DNA of 64,000 nucleotides from Mobula hypostoma (taxonomy: Eukaryota). A model generated the notes under the pieces. The model saw only the letters and a program-made list of their open reading frames with translations. It was not told the DNA's origin and did no database searches. The stretch's first letter is position 1. Each line of letters starts with the position of its first letter. The stretch lies in contig NC_086097.1 of assembly GCF_963921235.1 (NCBI RefSeq), positions 123,568,001-123,632,000 of the forward strand. The letters are read 5' to 3'. Below, piece after piece: positions 47,992 to 59,139 of the stretch. A program made the translations under genes and the position numbers.

Positions 47992-48294
47992 TTAATGGAA
48001 GTTAGAGAAGTCAATGTTCATGCCATCAGGTTGGAGGCTACCCAGACGGAATATAAGGTGTTGTTCCTCCAACCTGAATGTGGCTTCATCTTGACAGTAG
48101 AGGAGGCCGTGGATAGACACGTCAGAACGGGAATGGGATGTGGAACTAAAATGTGTGGCTACTGGGAGATCCTGCTTTCTCTGGCGGACAGAGCGTAGGT
48201 GTTCAGCGAAATGGTCTCCCAGTCTGCGTCGGGTCTCGCCAATATATAGAAGGCTGCATCGGGAGCACCGGACGCAGTATATCACCCCAGCCAA
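47992..48294 (-). CDS. GIY-YIG endonuclease domain of a Penelope-like element (fragment)
   Basis: GVIYCVRCSRCSLLYIGETRRRLGDHFAEHLRSV..PVATHFSS..RLEEQHLIFRLGSLQPDGMN. Confidence 0.9.
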   Translation of the reverse strand: MAGVIYCVRCSRCSLLYIGETRRRLGDHFAEHLRSVRQRKQDLPVATHFSSTSHSRSDVSIHGLLYCQDEATFRLEEQHLIFRLGSLQPDGMNIDFSNFH

Positions 48295-48469
48295 CTCACA
48301 GGTGCTTACCTACTTACCTTGCCTCCACTTGTTCTTGCCAAAGCCCTGTTGAGCAAAAGCCTTACCATTCTGACTCAGACCACTCCCATGATGATTGTCC
48401 TGCTAGACGATACCACTCTTTTATGGAGTCTGGGTTTTTAAAGCTCTTCGCTGGACTTGTGCGGGAAGC

Positions 48470-48760
48470 TTCTCCTGTATCTGCGCAGTACCCTTCTGTC
48501 CTCTATCAGAATTCCCCTTCTCCAGCCCTGTATCTCTATCACCAATCAACTTCCCAGCTCTTTACTTCATCCCTTACCCCCTCCCACACACACCTGTCAC
48601 CTTGTGTTTCTTCATCCTTTCCCCCAACCTCCTTACTCTGACCCCTCATCTTTTCTCTCCAGTCCTAACAAAATGGTCTCGGCCCGAAATGTTGACTGTT
48701 CTCTTTTCCATCGGTGCTGCCTGGGCAACTGAGTTCTTCCAGCATTTTGTGTGTGTTGCA
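48470..48760 (+). mobile_element. Penelope pLTR with hammerhead remnant
   Basis: cagtcctaacaaaatggtctcggcccgaaatgttgactg at 48660-48698; terminal cagcattttgtgtgtgttg. Confidence 0.8.
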
Positions 48761-49202
48761 GTGAAATTTGTCATTTGCATTGGTGACCTGCTGGGGGGTG
48801 GGGGGCAGCTGCAAGTGTCCCCATTCTTTTGCTGCCAACAAAACATGGCTGCAACTTACAAACCCTAACCTTAAACCTCTTTGGGATGTGGGAGGAAACG
48901 GGAGGGGGGGGAACCCAGACGAAACCCCTACCACATGCAGAGAACTTACAAACTCCTTACAAGTAGCAGCGGGGATTAAACTCTGATGTTATAGCTGGTG
49001 CTCTGTAAAGCTTTGTGCTGATCACCAAGCTACCTGTAAATGCTCCAATGAAAAGTAAATGGATTCTTTTCAAAGGATTTTCACCATTAATTATTACCAG
49101 GCAGTCAGGAAGGTGAAGTACTTGTATTTTCCTCCTCCCTCATCTGGGATTAATGTTTTGCCCTGTAGAACCTCAGCCTGTCTGATGAGTTTGATTATGC
49201 AC

Positions 49203-49390
49203 TTGACCCAGAGGGTGGTGAATCTGTGGACAGTTTGACATGCGCTTGATTAGTAAGGGCATCAGATGTTATATGGAGAAGGCAGGAGAATGGGTTTGAG
49301 TGGGATAATAAATCAGCCATTATGGAATGACAGAGCAGGCTCAATGGGCCAAATGGCCTAATTGTGCCCCTGCCTTACAGTGTTATGATT
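49203..49390 (+). mobile_element. CR1 3' end (internally deleted)
   Basis: cagagggtggtgaatctgtgg, tatggagaaggcagg, gggccaaatggcc. Confidence 0.8.
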
Positions 49391-50714
49391 TTAAATGATG
49401 AGTGGAATGGCTTTCATGTCTACAGTACCAATGACTGTCAATCAAAGCTGAAAGACAAAATACTTCAAGTTCTGTTTTCTTTGTAAACATTATTCTCCCT
49501 TGGAAACATGTTCTAATGCTGTAAGCCAAAAACTGGGAACAAATGAACCTCAAGAGGCCACTGTTTACAGATAGTTTCCCCCAACAAAATATCCACCTCA
49601 GTACTTGTCTTGGTATACTCTTGGGAGAAATTAACTTAAAGCAAGGCCAAAAAAAGCATAGGCCCTCAAAAATGTCAGCAAAATGTTAATAGATCAACTG
49701 TATTTTATGGGTAAAATTGTACTTGATGTGCATTAAATACATATATACAAAAAGCACTGTGAAATAAATAACCTTCGATATAATTGAAGGAAACAGATCA
49801 TGTTTTCAACATATATTTAACTTTTCTTGCTTCTTTTATCCAGTTTTCTTACATCTTGAATTATAGGCAGTTAACAAGGAAGGAGAAGAAAAGCCATAAA
49901 TTGTTACTTGCTCTCTTTCCACAATCCCTCTCTGTACCCTGCTTATGGCATGTGTAACTAGACTACAACATGACGGGGCTGTAACAATAGCTCTCAATAG
50001 ATTACGTTTCCCGCATCTAACCTCTGCGGAGAAGTAGTTGACTGACATCGTGATGTTTTCAGCTAAGTTGGGGAATGAGTGCAGAATGGCTGAATTTCAT
50101 CCCACTGAGTCACGCAGCTGCGATGTGGGTTTTTGCTCTATCCTTTGGTACAGCTTCTTCATTGCCCCACAGGTAATTCAAGTCTGTGGCTGCAGGAATA
50201 CTATATTCCTTACAACAGCTGAATTCTAACATTACAATTAAAATGTTACGCTGAAGGTTTAGATTACATATTCGTCCACTTCACAATTGTTTTAGCTGGT
50301 GGTTTTACGAGTTATGAATCTCACTGATGCATGTGTGTGGGTGGGATGGAGGAACGGAGTTTGCTTTTGCTGTTTCGTGTTTCGTGCTTGTTTTATTCTG
50401 TGTTCTGCCGAACATTTAGCGTCAGAATGTGCAGCAACTCCTATGGGCTGCCCCCAGCACGTCCTGAGATGTGTTGGTTGTTAACACAAACAACACATTT
50501 CACTATACGTTTCAATCAACACATGACAAATAATCTTGAATATTGAATCTTGAATCATGATTAATTTTCTACATATTTCTTCCTCAAACATAGTAACTAA
50601 TCACAAACTGATGATGTTTCCAAGAGCCGTGGGATTTTGATAATCACCAATAGAAAATGTCCGTGTGTACTATGGGATTTTTTTTTCTTTCTCTCTAGTG
50701 GGAATCATCAATGC

Positions 50715-50930
50715 TCAAAAAACAAACTTCTGGAGAAGTTCAATAGGTCAAGAAACATCTGCAGAGGCAAAAGAATGGTCAATAATCCTTGAATCGGGAT
50801 TAGGTCCTGATGGAGGATCTCAACCCAATATGAACACCATCCCTTTGCCTCTACAGATGCTGTTTAACCTACTGAAGTCCTCCAGCAGTTGTTGATTTCC
50901 TCTCTAGAATCACATCTGCTGTCTCCTGTA
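50715..50930. mobile_element. Older palindromic Penelope pLTR-derived element
   Basis: Arms ctggagaagttcaataggtcaagaaacatctgcagaggcaaaagaatggt / accatccctttgcctctacagatgctgtttaacctactgaagtcctccag; central gtcctgatgg. Confidence 0.65.
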
Positions 50931-50937
50931 CTATCAT

Positions 50938-51237
50938 GGGTGCCACAGTAGCATAGCAGCTGGTGCAACACCACTACAGTGTGGGGTTTCAGAGTTCAGA
51001 GTTCAGTTCTGGTGCCAGCTGTAAGGGCTTCTGTACATTCTCCCCATGACTGCGTGGGTTTCCTCCACCTGCTGCGATTTCCTCCCACGGTCCAGAGACG
51101 TACCAATTATTAGATTTACTGGTCATTGTAAATTGTCCTGTGATTAGGCTTTTGTTAAGTAGGTTGGTTGCTGGGTGGTGCACATCATCGGGCCTGAAGG
51201 GCCAGTCCCACGATGTATTTCTAAATAAACAAACAAA
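50938..51237 (+). mobile_element. V-SINE/HE1-like SINE
   Basis: gggtgccacagtagcatagc head, gagttcagttct B-box-like, V domain ttctccccatgactgcgtgggtttcctcc, (aaac) tail. Confidence 0.8.
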
Positions 51238-51692
51238 CCCATCTGTGCTCACTCTCTTGCTTCTAATCTAAATATGATTAGGCAACACACACAAAGTGCT
51301 GGAGGAACTCAGAAGGTCAGGCAGCATCTATGGAAAGAAGTACAGTCGATGTTTCGGGCTGACACCATTTGGCAGGCATTTAATTTTTAAAAAAGACCAG
51401 AAAACTGTAACACCAATCTGCTGCACAAATATGTCATGTTACTAAATGTAATTGTCTTTACCATCTCCAATAGTGCAGCAGAGCTCAATTTAATGTTTGC
51501 CTTTAACTCTTCGATTTCAAGAATTCAAGATACAATTGTGAAAATTATTATTTGGTAAAACACCAGTACACTAAAAATGCTGTCTCTGACTGATGGACAA
51601 CCTCTATGTACAAACAAGCTCCCATAATATTATTTTATTAAATTCAAAAGTTCAATGAATAGACACAGGTTTCATGCTGTGAACAGCAAAAT

Positions 51693-51694
<2 letters not shown>

Positions 51695-51730
<36 letters not shown>
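51695..51730. repeat. (TC)18 microsatellite
   Basis: Read directly. Confidence 0.97.
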
Positions 51731-51734
<4 letters not shown>

Positions 51735-51784
51735 ATTGCTATTTCTTATCAGCTTTCTCAAAGTTCAAAATAAATTTATTACTT

Positions 51785-53415
51785 CATGGAAACAGGCCCC
51801 TTGGCCCAACTTATCTATGCCTATCACAGCGCCCACCAAATCAGTCTCATTTGTGTGTGTTTGGCCAACCCCTCCTGACCGTATATTTTTCTATGTGAAT
51901 GTATTTTTAAATGTTACTGTTTTACCTGCCTCTATCACTTAGTTCATTCTAGTCACACACCATCTCCTGGTGAAGAAGTTTGCCCTCCCTTTTAAATCTC
52001 TCACCTTTCAGCTTAATCCCATGCCCTCTTGTTTTTAGTTTCTTTTCCCTGGAATAAAAAACTTGTGCATTCACCCTCTCTATACCCCTTGTGATTTTAT
52101 ACACCTCCATTAGGTCACCTGGTAAAGTCAAAGCAAATTTATTATCAAAATACAAATATGTCACCACATACTGCCTTGAAATTCATTTTCTTGGAGGCAT
52201 TCACACAAAAATGAAGAAATGAAACAGAATTTGTGAAGAGCTACACACAAAGACAGGCAAGCAACAAATTTGCAATAGAAGGCCAGAGAGATAGATAATG
52301 TTGAAAATATGAGTTGTAGAGTCCTTGAGAGTGAGTCCATAGGCTGTGCAATCAGCTTAGTGTGAAGGTGAATGAAGATATCCACCGTGATTCAGAAGCC
52401 TGATGGTTGATGGTAATAGCCTTGCGGTTCCTGTACCTCCTTCCTGCTGGCTGCATTTTATGTACTATCATGTGCATTTGGTAACATTCATTAAAATACG
52501 GTGCATTCTGGTTTATTTTCTAATTCACAGATAAAATCAACTTACAGACATCTAGAAAAATGGAACCCATTCATTACCCGGGACAACTTGTAGCTGCAGC
52601 CAAACAACATCATTTTATATACATGTAGCACACCACATACAGATGTGGTATGTCACTAAACCCTATGGCAAATTTCAACAGATATATTGCCTGGTATGGA
52701 AGCGCACGGGATCGGAAGAACCTGCAGAGGCTAGCTCCATCATGGGAACTAACCTCCCCACCAACCCCCTGCCCATTCCCCGGCACTACTGAGGACATCT
52801 GCAAAAGGTGGCACCCCCACCACCCAGGACATGCCCGTATCTAATTACTACCATCAGAGAGGTGGTATGGGAGCCCTAATACTGTACACACACACAATGT
52901 TTTAAGAACAGCTTCTTCCACTCTGCTATCAGTTTTCTCAATAGTCCATGAACACTACTTCACTGTTTTTGCTTTCTTTTGGCATTACTTATTTAATATT
53001 TATATATGTTAAAAATTTATCTATTTATTTTTATCAAATCTTCCCTCATTCTTTTATGCTGTATGGAATGAAATCTGAAACTATTCAACCTCTCCCTATA
53101 CAGTAACTCAGGACCTCAAGTCATAGCATCATACGTAAATTTTCTCTGCATTCTTTCAATCTTATTTACATCTTTCCTGTAGTTAGGTGACCAGAACTGC
53201 ATACAATACTGCAAATTAGGCCTCACCAGTGTCTTACACAACTTCAACGTAACATCCCAACTTCTGTACTCAATACTTTGATTTATAAAGGCCAACATGC
53301 CAAAAACTTTCTTTACTACCCTATCTACCTGTGACGCCACTTTCAAGGAATTATGGACCTGTATTCCCAGATCCTTCTGTTTTACTACATTGCTCAGTGC
53401 CCATACCATTCACCT
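51785..53415. mobile_element. Cluster of CR1 pieces (minus 51785-52120, 53035-53415) and Rex1/Babar pieces (minus 52122-52450; plus 52660-53000)
   Basis: GDLMEVYKITRG, LVRPNLQYCMQFWSP; IAWYGSARDRKNLQR; Rex 3'UTR. Confidence 0.75.
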
Positions 53416-55347
53416 TTATCACCATACATCAGTGATACAAAACCTGAATCTCATTCACATCATATACTTTCAAACCTTGTTTCATCTGTCTGCATGAGCT
53501 TTACTAACCACAGTATGAAAGTGCCCCCTGTTGGCTAATGACAGACTCTTTTTAACTACGGCTTCAACAAACTTACTTATATTTTATATTTCATGCACAA
53601 TTTCCTAAAGCCTATCTTAGAAGTAACAGGCACTCTAAATATTACTCAAGTGCATCACTTAAAGTAATTTATTAGCATGCCAATAAAATAAAACAACCAC
53701 AGATTTTTTCAAAGTAATTTACATCTATCTGACTTGCACTGTGTCTACAATTCAAAGTATTTCAATCACTTGCACCGTTTTTGATGCTGTCAAAACCCCA
53801 CAGCATCATGCAAATGACCAAAGAATGTGAAGCTCTTGCATTCTGCAAATTCTGGCCAAACTTAACCGGAACATTTTAAGCCCTGCAGTCCGTAATGACA
53901 CTATTTTAACCATTCTGAAACAATTCTTTTCTTTTCTCTATATCGAGGAGTTATTGTATTTTGTATACCTTTGAATGCTTTTTTAGTGCAACTGAATGTA
54001 TAGTATTAGAAAGAAATCTACAGTGTGGTAGTAAATGTTTTTATGAAATGTGCTGTGTGCCTCATGTGCACAAAATTCAGATGTCTTTATATAGTATCAA
54101 TAAAAAAAACTTTTAAGAAGCGTAATTTCTGCTCTTTATTCAGGCTCAAGAGTTTCTCTGGTTTCTTCCCACTTTACTAACTTTTTGCATATCTATAGAT
54201 ATTTGAGGACATTTCAGTTTCTTGGAATCAACAAAATCAGAGTGGAAGCTTTGAAAATGCTCCGTTCGTCCCTTCCTCCGTTTCCAGGAGAAGACTGCAA
54301 TATCACACGCTGATGTAATGGTTTATTAATGTAGGTGCTGACTGAGTGCACAATATTTTTGCTGACTTAAGTAAAAGCAGAACAATGAAACATGTTTCAC
54401 AAAGTTACTAACTGAACTGGGCTGAGCAGAGATTATGCAAGCACCAACATTTTAAAGGGTAGAAAACTGAACAAAAATGAAATACTGTACAATAACATTA
54501 AAACGGTAAAAAGACACAAGTATGATCCAAAGAGGAAGAAGCAATGAATCAGAGAATGTTATTTATATGCTGGCTAAGAACGCAAATCTCCTAGCCTTTT
54601 CCACTGCAGCTCAGGAGAGATCATGAACTGTCACTGAAGAATTATTGGTTTAAACTTGAACTCTATCAGTACAAGGCATAAATATGTCAGAGAATTCATG
54701 GCGTGATGTTCCTCTGCGAAACATACATTAAAAACCGTTCGTACCTTCTAGGAAGTAATACACCTTTCATCTTCCTCTCAGAGCCATTTCAGGAAACATT
54801 TTTACAAGTTACAAAGGTTGCATGCTTGATAATTTCTTACATTGTTTGGATATTGTCGCGACCTTGACCAACACTGAACTTTCCAATGTCAAAATCCCTC
54901 CAACATTCAGAAGTCCTCAACATAAAACTGATTTACAGTTGGCAGTAAGGATGCAACTGTAGACAGCTGCTCACATTTCATGTCAGCTCTGTCTTAAAAA
55001 TGAGTTTTAAACCTTGTAGCTTCTTCACCATATATAAAACTAATGCCAAATTCCAATTCCTCTTTGAAAATACAGGACAATTATATTAATTCTATTAACC
55101 GGATATTAATGCCACATACAAAAACCTCTTTAGACCATTCACACCTTGAGGATGCAAAGTTGATCATGGGTATTCATGACTTCTTTCAACCCTTTCTAAG
55201 ACCAAGAAGCTCTTGGTATTTATAGGTAAAGAAACCACTTTTGCTCAAACTAGATTGAGCCTGACTGATGCACAATCAGGATGCACAGTGACCCTATAAA
55301 TTATTACGTAAATAATCTAATTATTAGATAAATCTAATTATTGAATA

Positions 55348-55730
55348 CAAGATTCAAGGTTCAAGATTGTTTATTGTTATTTAGCTGTACACAAATGTAA
55401 AGGAGAACAAAGTGTTACTCAGGATCCAAAAAAAAACCAAAATAAGCATAAAGAACACAATAAAAATACAATAAATATCAATACATAAAATTAGCTTGTA
55501 TAATGTCCATAGATTGATTGTATGCACATAAAGTGATGCTAGGTACAGTAGTATCTGTACATAAGGTGACTCTGACAGGAAGTGATAAAGTGGTGGGGTG
55601 GGTTAATATGGGAAATGTCAATCACCCTGACAGCCTGGGGGAACTGTTTTTTGAGTCTGATGGTTCTGGCTTGTATGCTGCATAACCTCTTCCCTGATGG
55701 GAATGGGACAAACAGTCCATGAGCAGGGTT
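55348..55730 (-). mobile_element. Rex1/Babar-type 3'UTR fragment with (cttgaa) tail
   Basis: caagattcaaggttcaagattgtttattg; gaactgttttttgagtctgatggttc..ctcttccctgatggg. Confidence 0.6.
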
Positions 55731-55909
55731 TATACATGAACAGAACCTCTAATGTACTGCAGTTTCATAAGTATTTATGTTAAAAGAAATATTTTCATGG
55801 GATGTTTGAGAACCTGCTATGTGAAATAACATCAATAAATGTGATTCTACTTTTTTGACAAGCCAGCAAGGATAAAGAGAGAAGATAATAATGTCTGAGA
55901 CATAATCTG

Positions 55910-56477
55910 CACTCAGTGACCACTTTATTATGTACACCTGTATGCCTGCTTGTTAATGCATATATCTAATCAGATCATCATGCGGCAGCAACTCAATGTA
56001 TAAAAACATGCAGACATGGTGAAGGTTCAGTTGTTGTTCAGACCAAACATCAGAATGGGGAAGAAATGTGATCTAAGTGAGTTTGACCAGGAATGATTGT
56101 TGGTGCCAGATGGGGGGATTTGAATATCTCAGGAACTGCTAATCTCCTGGGATTTTCAGGCACGCCAGTCACTAGGGTTTACAGAGAATGGTGCAAGAAA
56201 CAAAAAAACATCCACCAAGTGGCCGTGCTGTGGACAAAAATAACTTGTTAATATGTGAGGTCAGAGGAGAATGGCCAGACTAGTTTAAACTGACAGGAAA
56301 GCGACAGTAATTCAAAAAAACCATACATCACAACAGTGGTGTGCAGAAGAGCATCTCTTAACACACAGCACATTGAATCTTGAAATGGACGGTCTACAGC
56401 AGTGGGAGACCACAAATCTATACTCGTTGACCACTTTATTAGGTACAGGAGGTATCTACTAAATTGGCCACTGAGTA
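55910..56477 (+). mobile_element. Three-TIR Tc1 derivative
   Basis: Left TIR cactcagtgaccactttattatgtac; HTH region; terminal TIR-TIR palindrome at 56421-56477 followed by TA. Confidence 0.85.
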
Positions 56478-56650
56478 TAGGTGCCATTATATCTTTGTAC
56501 ATAATGTTCCATAATCAAAATTAGATAAAGTACATAAGAAGGAACTATTCACTCTTTTGAGACTGCTCTTCCATTCCATAAAATCATGACTTATCTTCTA
56601 TCACCACCAATCTTCCTCTACTATCACCATTGATTCCCATCACATCTAAA

Positions 56651-57092
56651 TATAGTAAACTTCAGGTAATCTAGTGCACTCTGAATTTTGATGGAGCTGG
56701 ATTAGCAGATTTTCTCAACCATTACATGTTACTTCAATTAATACCTTAACACATTTTAAATTGACTTTTTTTAAAAGATGGTATTATAATACATAACCAG
56801 TGAACCAGCACAGGGGAACTAGGGCTGCATTGAGTGGGAAGGGAACACTGGAACTGGGGCCTCATTGAGTTGGAAGGAGTGCATGAACAAGGTTTGAAGG
56901 AAGAGCAGAAAAGGAGTGCAGAAACAAGGGGCCTGGGAGTGGGAAGGAAGTGCAGTTGTGCTTGGGAGAGTTCAGGAACCCAGGCACCAGTGTGTGGAAG
57001 GGATTGCAGCAAAAATTACCCGGTGATACGCGTGCTAATCTACTGGGATTTCCAAATTATTGCATCGTGGATTATCAAAAATTTGCTTTATT
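56651..57092. mobile_element. Possible pogo/Tigger-like MITE inside a degraded CR1 (56530-57450)
   Basis: Imperfect TIRs tatagtaaacttcaggtaatc..gattagca / tgctaatc..gattatcaaaaatttgcttta. Confidence 0.4.
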
Positions 57093-58782
57093 TAGCAATC
57101 TCTGTCCTGAATTAATGAGCAACCTAAACTTTCTTGGTGAAGAAGTGTTTCCTCACCTTTGCCTTAAACAGAAAATACATGACTTCTGAGTATTAATACC
57201 CATCCTAGGGCCTATGTTGTGTCTATCCTTCAAACTTATATAGATGTCAACAAAATCCTCTCTTATTCTTCTGAACAAAGAAAAGTCAACATATTCTACT
57301 CAATTTCTCTGCATTGGACATTCACACCACCGACTACAGTCCGCATCATACCACATGTAAATCCCTTTGCCAAGTATATACGTCAAGGTTAAGGAGACAA
57401 AACTAGATTCATTATTCAGGGTGTAGTTTCTCCACAAACCTGTTCAGCTGCAGTGAGCTTTTCTCAAGTGGGAGGAAAAATAACTTTCATGCATGCCAAA
57501 CAAACAAGGAATTCTACTTTTGAAATTCCCCATAAATGTTCTAAGTGATTGTAGCTCAGAAATGACATCAATGCATTTGTAACCCTATCATATGACCATC
57601 AATCTCAGCGGTCCGGAGGAGGCTTTAGCAGGAAGAGTCTCTGCACCTGATATCCACGTTAGACCTTGTCATATTCTGAATCAGTAACAGGAATAAAAAG
57701 ACTGTGATATCATACTTAAAAACTGATCACTTGACCACGTCATCAAAATGGACCAACCTTAACAGGACAAACCAAGACTGCTTGAGTGATGTCAGGGATG
57801 AGGAAGGGTCACAACTGTTTGGAAATATTCTGGAGTTAGGGTATATAGTAAATATTAACAGCAAATATTAACTTCAGCAACCAAATTTCAGACCTGAAGG
57901 TAGATTATAGATTAAATTTAAAATACAGCCCTGAACGATAGTTTCCTAGAGCTGTGGACTCCAGTTGATTGAAAACTGACAATGCTGATTAACATTCATT
58001 TTGGATGTCTGTGTGTGGGTGTGAAGAAGGAAGTGTGAAAATTACATGTAATTCAAAGGAAGCATTGTAGAGGCATTGTAACTATGGACTTGTCCAGTTG
58101 TTACCTTTGATCTTTAGCATATAAAATATCGTAATATTGGGTCCACTAGCTTCAGTGTCTCTCCAGTGACATTGTTCAGGTTTAAACAAAATCTATGTCG
58201 CCAACTCCGAGAAGTGGGACATTTCATTTCATGCATGGGTCCTTGGCTGGACATAGTTTGATGCAAAGGATGAAGACCAAGAGAAAATATCATGGAATTA
58301 TAACATTGTACAGCACAGAAGATTGAAGCCCAAAGATCAATCAGAAGGCAAGGTCAATATGGCTGAAGCTCTGGGTCTGCGAGTCTGCAAATCCACTGGG
58401 AAAGTTGGAGGACCGATCAACGAGTCAGTGAGTCCATTGATGGCTGAAGGCCTGGAGATGGCCTGTCCTGGGGTTGGAAGACTATCTATGTGTGTTGGGG
58501 GGGTGGGAGAGAGGAACTGGCTTGCTTTGTTGTTGTTGCTTGTGCTGCTTTGCAGAATATTGTGGGCAAGTTAAGTGGTCCCCAGCTCAATCTTCATTTG
58601 TGTTGGTTGTTAATGTAAACAACACAGTTTCACTCCTTGCTTCGATGTACATGTGATTAATAAATCTGAACATAATTCTAGTGTAAGTGGCAGCAAATCA
58701 CATGAGAAATATACCTAGTCATACCTCTGGAATGAAACAACCCAGAAACATCATTTTCATTCATAACGCAAAACATTAGAAA

Positions 58783-59010
58783 CATGAGAAAGTCCACAGA
58801 TGTTGGAAATCCAGAGCCCACAAAAATACAGGAGGAACTCGGCAGATCAGGCAGCATCTATGGAGGGGAATAGATAGTCAATATTTCGGGCCAAGACCAT
58901 TCTTCGGGAGTCAGAAGGGAGGAGGAAGACGTCAGAATATTTAGCAGGACATGCAACATCTATGGAGAGAAATGTACTGTCAATGCTTCAGTTCAAGACT
59001 CTTCATCACC
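58783..59010 (-). mobile_element. Two tandem Penelope pLTR ends with hammerhead remnants
   Basis: Minus: ccgaagaatggtcttggcccgaaatattgact and gtgatgaagagtcttgaactgaagcattgac; similar fragments at 51283-51378 and 9045-9135. Confidence 0.7.
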
Positions 59011-59139
59011 TTCTTCAATCCAAATTGTGGAAGATCTAGCAACAGTGACTAACAATGTTTTGTGGTTGAATTCCCTGTTGTTGTATATGATCACTGCCTG
59101 GCAGATTTATGGCAACAACGTTATTTTCCACTTTTCATA

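Larger units (their letters stand above)
47693..48304 (-). mobile_element. Penelope-like 3' fragment (GIY-YIG plus pLTR)
   Basis: TSD cttacct (47686-47692, 48305-48311) in the CR1 5'UTR. Confidence 0.9.
44815..48462 (-). mobile_element. CR1 LINE with 5'UTR and ORF1 start joined by an internal deletion (at about 47270) to ORF2 RT; two nested inserts
   Basis: ORF1 zinc finger/leucine zipper (CSGSRKWDF..RCIEMQLLTDCV, ESTPVGVPFENKYS) fused to KASGKIEDWEAFK..KSPGPDG..FTDDTKIG..; tail at 44815. Confidence 0.85.

Noticed and set aside
47992..48294. GIY-YIG nuclease as a host or bacterial-type gene
   Set aside because: It is the C-terminus of a Penelope-like ORF, followed by a pLTR and bounded by a TSD
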